The notes beneath the pieces were generated by a model. The model was given only the letters and a program-made list of their open reading frames with translations. It did not search any database and was not told where the DNA came from. Below, in pieces: positions 27,701 through 39,700 of a stretch of 64,000 bases of DNA. Numbering within the stretch: the first letter of the stretch is position 1; every line of letters starts with the position of its first letter. Source of the stretch: Amphiscolops sp. MND2022 (Eukaryota); the NCBI GenBank assembly GCA_964187785.1, contig OZ076409.1, forward strand, positions 18,106,001-18,170,000. Direction: 5' to 3'. The translations under genes were made by a program, and so were the position numbers.

Positions 27701-30700
27701 GAGTCGCCGAAGGGTTGGCCCATGTGACTTTGAAGGATGACGTAGTTTTTGTGTAACCAGCATCTTCAGCCAGAGTTTCCGCTTGGTGGGGTTCTAAGAA
27801 AAACATAATACTGTGGAATGCAAACATGAATGTTTTTACATCGACCAAAGATTAGATCAAGGCACAACTGTTTCACAATGCTTTCAGACAGCAAACTCTT
27901 TAGCTATAACGACCAAGACTTTTAACTTCTTTTTATAGAAACCACTCATCTATCATGACGTTTGATTTTTCGCAGTTTTCATCCATTAAAACTAGCGAAA
28001 CTTTTTCGCGTTCCTCACGAACCTCGCTCCAAAAATTGATAACTTATTCCGTTTTTCTATTTTTTCCTGATACAACTTTATTGGGCACTAACCAGTTTGA
28101 GCTGTCATTATACAAAGAACGTCTGTTTAAGAACTAACTTGTACATTGCGATTGAGCAGGAGCGGAGTTGGAATAGGTTTCGTACGTCGCAGTCAAGACA
28201 TAGCTGTATGATGTTCCTGAAATCACAAATTTCTCAAATACTCAATCAATAGAAGTGTTTACAATGAGCTTCTAATGCAAATTAAACGAACATCAAATTG
28301 CCAACAGTGAGTTGAAGGTTAGCTGAAGAGTGCAAAATGCCAAAAGATTTTGATTGTACGATTTCGATTAGTGCGCGTCGAAAAACAGACATTCGATTTG
28401 ACATTACAGTGCGTAGACAAGCTTTTTCTGCGTATTTTGCGGAAACCATGACACCATTTTGCTGATTCCGAGCTACGCTTACGAAACTCCAGTCTCTTTG
28501 ATGCTGGCGGAATCTAAAAAAAGCCCATCTTTTGATGTTGCTGAAACGAAGAAAATCTTGAATGATTGATTGGTTAATAAATTTATTGTGGAATCCGGGA
28601 TATGAAATGCGGAAACTAAGACAGAAAGTTGCCGACAGATGTCTCGGTTTCCACGGCATGTGTCGAACCCAACCGTGTGGGTCGGCTTTGAAGGACCTTT
28701 CGAGGTTGACTGTCTGTTTTCGGTGTCTGTCTTACTTATGACAGCCATCATTAAGTCCTTCAGTTGACTGAACTCATTCTGTAGTTCGTTTATCTTTCTC
28801 TCATAACTCTCTTTTATTTCAGATAACTGAGACGAGATATCAGAAACCTCGTTGCTATCAGAGTCATTGGCAGAAGACTGAGCCATGTCTGGGTCCGTTT
28901 GAATGGGTGTTTCTGATGAGGAACTAATAACTCTTCCGCTTCTGAGTTCTGTGCCTAGATCTGGGTTCATAGAGGTGAGAGAAAAGGAATTATGAGTGAA
29001 GACTGGATTCTGGATGATTTTCGATGTATTTTACTATTTTGTGCCGTTATTCGAACTCAAACTCACTATTTCTGAACTTGAGATGTAAATGCGATGAGTT
29101 TTACAGTAAGACAAGGATACTAGTAAAGAATGAGAATAGTTAACGAGGATTAAGTAGAGTTCATCCAAATTTCATCGAATAGATATCAATCAAGAAATTA
29201 CTCAGAGTTGTGAAGGTAGCGTTATTTACGATGAATAAGAGATATGTTTTCTAGTTCAAATCTGTCGTAATTCGTCCAACTGGACAGTAGCTAATCGCAA
29301 TTTCGGTCTGTGTAAACTCTTATGGCGGTCCAAAATACAGCAGTTCACGTGTCTTTTCGGGCTGGTAAGACGCTAAATCTCTTACCAGCCGACTCTTATT
29401 GGCTATTGCCAGTTGGTGCTAATTGGTAAGTCACGTGACCGGTGTTGTGAACTGCCGCAAGTTGGCCAAACCACATGGTACATCTACATATGCTAATTAT
29501 GACTAATCATCACTTTACAATGTCGCAATTGCCTGCACACAGTGTCATGGTTTCTATAGCAACTCAAATCATTCAATAATGTACTAATTTCAAGTCAAAA
29601 CAGAGTAAGCTGCATCACAGGATGAGAAAACGATGTTTTTCCAACTAATTCTAGCATTAAAATCAATACTTCAAAAGCAAAGATGGAAACGCGATGAATT
29701 CGTCAGAATATTTGCTGATTTTCAAGTCTAGTTTAGCTCTGGATGAAAATGCGATGAATGGTGGTCTTTTAGCTCGAAAATCAACACGATATGAACTGAC
29801 GATGATAAAAGGATGAACTCGTCTTCAAAATGAATGATTTCCAGCACAATTTAAATCAACGATGGTAAAAGGATGAACTCTCCTCGAAAATAACTAATTT
29901 CCAGCACTAGTGAAATTGACGATGAATTCAGGATGAATTCAGCCAATAAAACAGGTGAAACAGCTAATTCTGCAGTGAAGACAAATATACGATGACTTTA
30001 GGATGAATACATTCAATAAAACAGCAAAATCTAATGAATGAAATTCCAACGATGGGTTTAGGATGAACTCAACTGAAAATTCGGCTAGTTCTAACGTAAG
30101 TCGAACTAGCGATGAATTTACGATGAACTAGTGATGAGTTAATCTAATAAAACAGATATCCAGCACTTCACTCTTTTTTAGGATGAATTAAGGATGTACT
30201 TTCTCATTTCTTGTAGTTTCTGTTCAGGACGATGAAATATAGATGTGTTATGCTCTTTTTAAGAAATGAGAAGCACATTGAAGGTTAATAATCACAAAAC
30301 GACGATGAGTATAGGATGGCTTTCATGCATTTTAAAGTCCCGTGAGATCCGCTGATGGATCACTAAATAAAATCAAATATATGTCCCAAATTTTGTTCAC
30401 CCGCAATCTTGGCGATGTGATTGCGATGAACCTTGATAATATAGCACCGTAATTTCACTAATAGATCAAGTTGTAGGATCACTAAGTCCGCTGATGGATT
30501 AGTGATGAACTTTCCTGAAATTCGTCACGACTACAAGTCCTGAGGCGAGGGAGCTAGTAGAAGTTACAGATTCCATTATTTCTACATCTCTCGGTCCAGT
30601 CTGACCGGAAGACTTCTCTCCCTTATCGTGACAAACCAATATTGAATAAGATAGCACATTAAAAGCTATTGGCAAGATCATTTGTGCGGACACCGGAATT

Positions 30701-33700
30701 AGAGCGCTCAGTATTAAGTAAATATATATAGCTCAAACTCAGGGGGGATAGGGATTAAAGTACAAGTAACGTAGGGTTGCTCACAACCATGGCTCTTATT
30801 ATATGACATCATATTGCCCATATCTAAGTACATAAGACATAATATTTACATTACAAATATTTAGTAGATTATATTTCCATCATGCTGGCATGACACTCCC
30901 CGGGGCGGGATTTGGACTGAGAGTGCAGGGACCAAATGCGCAGAGGATGGTTGTCTCGGCGTTGGCTTCGACTGATCCTTCGTTTGGTTGGGGAGAAAAT
31001 GGCCTTCGTTAGTTCTGAATTGGCATGTCCTTCGTTTGTTCTGTCCTGTGAGAGCTTCTCTGAGAAGAGGACCTTCGGTAATCGTCTTTTCTGGCATCAT
31101 CCTGGGTGATTTCGGTTAAAATTTTCGACGCGGCAACTCTAATTCTTGGTCCATCGAATGTCCGCTGACCTGCATTTTATTGGTTGTCATGCTTTTGACG
31201 GGAGTTTCGGCTGGTTATTTTCGGTAGAAGCTGATTTCTCGGAGAAAAGTTTCCCTCCAAAACGCCTACGCTGAGTAAACAATTCGATTAGCTTCACTGA
31301 CAAATTGGCAGCGAGTCAGGGATGAATGAACGATGAATTGTTTGCTCAGCGATACACTGATGCTGTTTAGCGGAATGGCTGGCGCCGTTACTTGTTTACT
31401 CGCGATGAAAGGAGATGAATCGTTGCCATAGCAACTGTCAAAAGTTACTTCCGCTGCTCGACTTTTGAGTGAAAGAGAAAAGAGATGAATTCGTCGCCAT
31501 AGCAACTGTTGCTCGATCTGATTGGCTGAGACTGAACTTATAACTGAAGGAAAATACAACCGGTTGTCAGCAGCATTCTCATCCATAAATCATCCTCCAT
31601 TCAAGTCGGTTTGAAAATCGCCACGATTTCCTTTGCGCGTTTCCGCTCAACTTCGTCGGTATAGATCTGAGACTGGCAGCTGTCAACAAATCAAATACTT
31701 GAAGTTTTTTGTCAAGTCCTGGGAGGGGACGATCCATTTTCAGAGAAGGCTTGAGTTGGTTGTACTGGGAAGAAAAGTGATGTCAGTATTTGAAATCGGA
31801 GAATTTTCATCGATTTTTCATCTTCTGAATTCAAGTATTTGATTAACATGGCATTCAAGCTGCGCCGCTTTTTGAAATCTTCTATTGAATTTGTTCTTCT
31901 GTAATCATGGTTGATCAGGCCATTTAATTACTGATCAAATTCTCTGCTCCTGGATTCTTCGATTTCTTTCCTTCTTTCACCGTCTTCCATTCTTTTCAGA
32001 TTGTTTTGCAATTTTTCGCGATGTCGGATATCAACTCCATCTATTCGTTACCGGAGACCGAGGCCACAGAAAGTAAGTGCACTATTTTTTCTCTTCTTCA
32101 CAAACGGGCCGGGGAATAATTAGGAATTGAAGGCGTGTCTTGGTTTTAGCGGACTCCGTTCACTCTGTCGGCATAATTTCCGAACTGACTACTTTGCAGA
32201 CAGTTCCGCCTCAAGATGCTCCGATCCCTGCAGCATCTCACGCACCTCAGTATCAACCTGAGCAGCAAACTGAACAGGCCCCTAACGTCCCGTATCTTCC
32301 GCAGTGTAAGTACTATCCTTCCATTCTTCAGTTCAGTCTTCGAATCCCTCATATCTCATCCTTACTCTGTCCAGTAGCTGACTCCTTTTCGTATGGTGTT
32401 TCAGACCACTACCCCTGGTATGCCTCCCTAGGCAGCATCACCTTCGGGTGGTATGACCGCCACATGCGGGACATGCTGCGGGATAGCATCCAGCAGTACA
32501 GTGAGTTTGTCAATTTCCTTTTCACTTCTCTAGGCTATCGTCCGAACACTCCGATGTGATTCCGATGTAAACATCTCATCTGCATGTAGTGTCCTTTGCG
32601 GTCGATTACCCATGTAATTCACCTTCGAGATGAATTTAGGATGTGTCATGAACATTCACAGCTCTTCATGACTGACTCGCTGTAAATCCCATTTTTGAAG
32701 ATGAGTTTTGGATGTATTCTTCTCCGGTTTTCTTTCTTCGCGCGGCGTACGCGCTCTTTCTTCTCTTATCGTCGTCGTCCAGTAACTGTTTCTTCTTTCA
32801 GGCCCCACACCGATCCACGCACCAAGGCCTCGTCCCATCAGCTATTCCGTAGGAGTAGGGACGAGTGATTTCGCCGCAACTAGTGCTGATGCTAGCACTC
32901 AAGGAGGGCCTCCTCAACTTGACTTGTCCTCGTTCCTTCAGGACTTGTCATTCGGGAGTGTAAGTTCTCCTGTCAGGCAGGCGCCAGTGTCTGTACTGTC
33001 GCCAGTGCTGAGGGGTTCTTGCGCCGCTAGTAGTCCTCCTCCTGCTCGTATCACTCTCGACGCTGCTGTGAATGCTGTTGTCGATTGCGTGGATGCAGTC
33101 ATCGATGCCGTTGTCGATACCTCTGATCGAGCAGTCCAGGCCGTTGTGGAAGTCAGTGAGTCCTCCACCTTCCATGATCCTCCTGTTGAGGAACCTGTCA
33201 TCGTTGCCTCTTCTTCTGTTCCTGCCTTTTCAGTCAGCGGCACTGATACACTTGGTGATGCTTCCGTGAGTACTGCCGGCGGTGCTGAGACCCTACTTGA
33301 AGTCCCTGGTGACTTCTCGTCCGACAGCCTTCTGCCTGCTGAACCTGACCGAGAATCTGCTTCTCCCAGTGCTGCTCTCATGTCGACCGTGGCTTCTCCC
33401 ATGGGACCCAGTCTACTGGATAGTGATGACGAACCAATCGCGTCCCGTCTGCCAGGTTAACTAAACAGCTTTAAACTGGTGAAATATCTGATCAGTAGAT
33501 TTTTCATTCATTTCCTTCTTCGCTTTTGCTTTCACTAGCATTTTTCACGTTTTTCTTCTTTTCTATCCATTTTTCATCGTTCTTCTGTTTTCACTATATG
33601 GTTTTCTGCAGTTTTCCATTTTCCATCACATTCTCATCGTCAAAAGTCGTTGAACAATAGTTTTCGCTCTCTAGTCCTTTTTAGAAATTTCATCTCTTTT

Positions 33701-36700
33701 ACATCTTTAAAATTTTCTCTTTTCGGTTTTCGCTATTTGTCGGTGTTTTCTTTTCAGTTTTCATCTCTTTTTCATCGTTAAGTTGTTTTCGCTCTAAAAT
33801 ATCTCAATTTTTGGTTCAAAGTCGTTCTATTTATCTCTTTTCCATCGTTCAAGTTTTTCATTCTTTAAGGTTTCCATTTTTCATTCTGGTGGTGTGCAAA
33901 ATGCATCTCTTTTTCATCTTTTCGTTTTCTTCGTTTTTCGCTTATATTTCCTGATGAAAATATTATTTTACATCATTTTTTCATCACTCCGGGTGACTTT
34001 TGGAAGTTTGCGGTGGTTTTTTCATTTTTCAGTTTTTAAAGATTATTTTAAGATGATCTTGGAATTTTGTGGGAACGTGGTCGTTTTTAGTGGATGTGCT
34101 ATGTGTTGGCATGTGATTATTTCTGTTTGTAGGGCGAAAAGTGATCAAGTCATGGTGGTTTTCTCATGAATACTGTGGGCTTGCACTGGGCTATGCACGA
34201 AGTCATCAATCGCGGCTATCATTCGTTCGATGTTTACTGTGCAAGCGTGATATCAATGTTGGCAGCCGTGGTATCACTACTTTCATGGAGCATTGTCGTG
34301 GGCTCCGTCACCATCGTTTGGACTGTCTGATTCGTTTGTTTCGGGATTTACCGTTGCGGCGACGCGACGGGTCATTGATGAGTAATGAAGAGAGTGTGGA
34401 GTGTAGGAGCAGCCTGGGCGGTGCAATGGTGCCGTTCATTGAGACGTGCCCCTCCTTTAGTGTACTGGAGGTGTTTGAGTTGGAAGCAGCTGGACGACCT
34501 GTGTGGGGGGACGAGGAGGAAGAGGATCTATTGTGTGAAAAGACGGTGCATCTGTTCGTGTGCCTGGTTATTGACTCAATCTATCGTGGGTGTCAGTTCG
34601 CCAGCGTAACGAGTTTGTGGGAGGTGATGGTTGCGTCAGAGCCGCAACATGCCTCTCTTTTCGGTGTTACTTGCGAAGTGAATGACGTGATGGTAATTCG
34701 TATTTCTTTTTGTTTTTTGTTTCATGAAGGTTCGTGTAGATGGAAAAAAAATACATTTAGTGGGTGGTTTTCCATAGGTAGTTTTGAAGCTTGGGTAGGG
34801 GGGATTTTCAACTATTAATTGTGTCGGGTTATTTTTAAGCGGATAGTGAATTAATGTATAGTAAAGTTGATGTTTGTTTTTAGAGTGTGGTTCTACTGAG
34901 TTTGTGGCCGTACGCGATGAAGAGGCTAATCACTCTGTGGTCTAACTGTGGGTTCACTAGCTTTCATGTGGCTGTTGGGCAGGGGCGCGTGACTGGCACG
35001 GTCACAATGTGTTCTCTAGAAGGGATCAGTCAGTACTGTGTCTTCAGTTTTTGTCTGTCTCAGGATTGGGAAAAACGAGTTGTCACGTGGATGATTAACA
35101 TGTGGTGTTGTTTGCTTGGAGAACCTGTTCCACTTGGACTGTGTTGCGATGCGTTGCCACAGCTGGGTGGACTGTTCCAAGCCGCCACTGGCGTTGGGTC
35201 ACTGGAGTTGAAGACGCTGTCATTGTGTGAGATCAGTCGGACAATTGTGGACGTGGGAGGGCGGGCGCTCGGCGGGACTGATATTCATGTGGTGCTGAAT
35301 CATCTGCAGAAAAGACTGAAAGGATATGTCAGGGATCCTCTGTTGTTGAGCTGCCCTCATCTGTTGCAGGTCGGTGTAGTCTTCCGCTTTTATTTGAGTG
35401 TTACTATGAGTTGTACTCTTTGTCTGTTTCTGTTGTTTGTATATTGGTAGTAGTTTGTATTGTAATATTTTGTTTTATCTATGTGGAGCTTGTTATGTTT
35501 TGTTTAGGCGATTTTATCCGGGGAAGTCTACGTGTGGACTCTTGCTGATGTGTGCGATGAATTACGTGCCAATTGGGCAGAAGTGCTGTGTCTAGTTCGA
35601 TTCGCTTCGGGAGACGGGCCAGTAGATGCGTTGGATCTTACTTTGAGGGTGGAGTTCGGGATCCCAATCAGGCTCCGGGCACTTAGTATGGTCTATCGTG
35701 CTTGTTAGTATGTTGTATACTTACCGGGTGGGAAGTTTCTGTAGTTGGCCGTTTTTACGTATTCGAGTGTTTAATCAATTCGCATTTTTCGGGAAGGGAA
35801 CGGGGGGGGTTAGTCCGATTATTTACTGTGTATAGAATTGTTGTGTTTTTCATTTCAGTAGTGACGTCGTACGAAAAGAGTTTCGGGTCTTCATCATTGC
35901 GGAGTTGCTACTGGGCGATCGAGAGTGCATTCTTTGTGAAACGCCTGCTGACTCTACTGGTTGACGAAGAGAGCCTGCCCACTGATCTGGATATCCGTGG
36001 GTGGTTGTTTGTGGATGTAGACAGTTATGTTGTGTCAGCGACTAAGTTACAAGCCCTTATCGCGAGTTTCAGCTCGGATGAGAATTTGACGGAAGATGTG
36101 GCTGTGTATGAAGAGGATGTGTCCCGAGTGCCTAATTTCTTATTGTCTATCGTCAGGAACGTATTATTGCTACCAGGGATTCGTGACGATCTTGCTTTCG
36201 TGCGAAGTGTCTTTAGTTCACCCAGACTGGTTTGTGTGGCGGAAACTGATCTTGTGGCGGAAATTCGCAATTTTACTGGTTTACTTGTGGAAATGGGGCG
36301 GATCAGTTTAGTCGAACAGGATCGAATGGAGCTCGGATTTCTGGAATTTATAAGGGCTTTTCGGTGCGAGCCTAGGCCAGCTGGGGCGACTGCCGAGTAT
36401 TCAGCCGTTGATCTGTTGCGTTGCTGTTCCAGTCGCGGGTCACAGAGTCTGTTACAACTTGTCTTTTGCCTGGGAGGGGTGGTGCAGAGCACTTGCAATA
36501 CCATATGCGAAGCGATCGGGCACCTGCCGAGCGATGTCATGAGCTGTGTGTGTGCAGTAACCTCTGGTTATTTGTCTGCTAATCATGTGCGAAGTTACGG
36601 TAGTGTCAGTGGGCCACTGATGGAAGAAGTGATGGAGTCGCACAGAAGGCTCGTCGATCTATCAGAGATTACAGAGGGCATGTTGTGGGACGACGTCGGT

Positions 36701-39700
36701 ATCGTGGCTGGGGAAGATTATCGTCTCCAGTTATATGCTAGTCTTGGTTACGATGTGACCGGGGAGCGGGCTGCCAGTCCCGAGATTGGAAACTGACTTA
36801 TTAACTGTTTATGTTGTTCATTGTTTTGCTATATAATTTGTTGTATTTACATATTAGTGTAGTTATTCATATGTTGGGAGACCCATGAAAAAGGTCAATA
36901 AATGGAAAGCACAGTAATGACCATAGTGCGAATGATACAAATCCAGATGCTACGGCGGAAAGATCGGTAGTAGTGTGTTTACAACATTAGTTATTTTGGT
37001 GCCCAACAGCTGTTTTTCTTTTGAGTTGTTAGTGATAGTTACAGAGGATATTAAGTACGTGTAAATCAACAAGTTCGTCCAACAGTTCACTTGAAGCATT
37101 GTCTTCGGTATTTTTGTATCATAGATCATCGGTCGCGCATCGCTTTTATGGTGTTCATCGTTATTACATCTCGTGGTAGTGTAAGTAACTCGTCAGCGTT
37201 TGATCTTTGATTTTTCATCTCATTTTCATCACGTTTTCCTCGGTCGACCAAGCGACGTCGTGAAAACTGTTTTTGTCATCGTTTTTACATCTTTCGGTGC
37301 GTCAGAAACATTGCATGTTGTTACATGTGGTTTTTCTACGTATTTCATCATTTTTTCATCTTGCGTTTGATTTGAGCACTTTCGTGCGTTATTTGCTATA
37401 GTTCATCGTTTTTGCATCGCAAGTTTGTCTTGTTCAGTTTCTGCTCATTTTGCTGTATAGTTCATCTTCTTTTCATCGTGCGTTTGAAATGTACGGATTT
37501 TTGCGTGTTTTCGATGTTATTTGGCTATAACGTAAGCGGGGGTTGCATTTTTCGTGTCCGGAGGAAATTTTTATTAATATTGCGGTGTTTCGGATTGTTT
37601 TCTTCATGTATTTTAGCGTTATACGGTTATAACCATTTGTCGTGTTTTTGAATTTGCATGAATTTTATGGTACATGTGTTTTAATCATCGTCGTCATGTT
37701 TCTAATTTGTCAACTTCGGAACGTCATTGCATGTATTTTTAGTTCGAATTCTGGTGACCGCCGCTTGCGTGGCAGTCGAAAATAAGTTCACTCAGCAGTG
37801 GTACTGATAGCCTGTAGGCGTGCAAGGTACTAGTGGCTTCAGTCCAGAGCTGGGTGAGTGGAGCTGCTCCGCTCCTTTCAGATAAATGGAATCTCGTAGT
37901 TTCGGGCTATATATAGTCTATATGTCATTTTTTCGGTCGGTTGTTTGCCATTATTCGTCGAAATGGGTTTGTCCATTTGACGGTCAGTCCGATCAATCAA
38001 TGTGATTGACATCTACGGTTATGCATGTGTCCAGTTTTAGACTATCTGTTTCTTGTATTTGCATGTATGGATGGTTACATGATGTGCTCTTTTAAATGGG
38101 TTGCCCCATTATTGACATGTCGTTATATGTTCGGTGGTAGTTTCATGTTTTCTAATTTTATTTTCGTTCATTTGGACAGGGCTTTGTCGTCACAAGGCCC
38201 CTACAAAACTAACTGAGAATCCACTAGCCGCTGGATAACCAACGCAGCAAGCTTCATCCGAATATGGTTGTGAGCTCCCCGCCTCAACTAACCAGCACTC
38301 TTTTCAGAGAAATGCCAGCCAGCACGAAGGAATGATTTTAGTTTTTCGGTAGGGGTGTTTTGTATTTTATGAGCTGATGTTTACTGGGGGGTGCTCACTC
38401 CTTTATTAGTTTTGTAGGTGTTTCGTCAGTTCTTATATTTTGCATGTAAGTTAGTAGACTTCATGTATTTTCGATTGTTTGTTTCATTTTTATTCGTCTA
38501 GGTTCGGATGGTTTTGGTGTGAATTGCATATATTATCTCATTCATTTTTGAACGGTACATGTATATTTCCGTGCGTTGCTCATTTGTATTGCATGTAGTT
38601 TGGAATTGTTAATTGCTTTCGTGACGTCATTGATTTGGCAGGTCTTTGAACTTTACATGTATTGATCATTTCATTTTTGTGTCGCATAATTTCGTTGCAT
38701 GATTCGAAATAAGGTCGGTTGTTTTTTATCGTTTCGTGGAGTTACATGTTGTTTGCGAATTAGCTGATTTATTGTGATGTTATGTTGATGGTGTTTCCCA
38801 TCACAAAGAGGTGTTGGTAAGTCATTTAATATTTTCGAATTTCCATTTAGACTAAATTCATCGTTTTGACATCCTCCAGCGAAGCTAGAGTATTGTGTCA
38901 GGTTAACGATAAATTCGGTCGCGATTTGATGGTAGTGTCCATCACAAATTCATCTCGTTAATTGATTTCATGTAATTTATGAATAATTGGATCGAGTTCA
39001 TCGCTATTTCATCCTCTGGCCGAGCTAGAGTCTTATGATAGCATGAACGTGAGTGCGTTCGCATTCTGATGGTATTTCCCATCTCAAATGCATCGTTAGT
39101 AAATATTGCATGTTGATTGGTCTATTTTTTGACTGAGTTCATCACTTTTTCATCTCTCGTGTGTCTGAGTTAAATTTTCGTGTGGTTTCATCCTTTTTTC
39201 ATCTCAAATTTTGTGTGTTGTTTTTTCTGGTTTTTTGATCGTTTTTCATCCGTTTTACATCTCGTTTTGTTTGTATGCGGTTTTCATGTGATTTTTAGTA
39301 ACTTTTCATCCATTTTACATCTTCATGTACTTTTTAAGTTAAAATTGCATGTAATTCGTTCGTTTTTGTGATTTGTTCATCCGTAACACATCTCAGATTT
39401 AAAGTGAAACTTTTCTTGGCTAAATCGTTACGTCTATTTTGTTGGTCTTTCTCAGTGCGTTTCTAGCTGAAGTAATCTCATGAATGAGGAAGTCTGGATA
39501 CGTTTTCGGTGTAGGGTTCTCACGTAACCTGTACCTACTTTGATTTGATCTAGACGGTCTAGAACTCATCCTTTCTTCATTTTCGTTTTGCGTGTTTGTC
39601 TGTTGTGACTGGTTTTCGTGTTGTTCGTCTCTCAGAGGTACTCTTATCCTACTTTCATCGCGGGGAGGCGGTAGAATAATTTCTTCTCGCGTTCCAAATC

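Noticed and set aside
29621..30428. 60-bp periodic repeat considered as a CRISPR-like array
   Set aside because: Only two 4-bp half-sites are conserved, there is no 25-45-bp identical repeat and no cas gene, and the context is a eukaryotic LTR.
28661..30895. LTR duplication as an assembly artefact
   Set aside because: TG...CA ends, a 5-bp target-site duplication, a PBS and two substitutions between copies indicate a genuine element.
32938..33402. Minus-strand 154-aa ORF (and 36025-36540, 171 aa)
   Set aside because: Shadow ORFs antisense to cargo exons 4 and 8; no motifs.
32021..36796. Cargo gene as an independent nested DNA transposon
   Set aside because: No TIRs or target-site duplication seen around it, and its introns and flanks carry the same dyad motif as the LTRs, implying long co-evolution. 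Not fully excluded without other copies.
38179..38418. Hammerhead ribozyme in the structured island
   Set aside because: No CUGAUGA...GAAA core found in the required arrangement on either strand.
30896..39419. env gene in the usual position after pol
   Set aside because: No long minus-strand ORF with signal peptide or transmembrane segment; the coding signal is on the plus strand and spliced.
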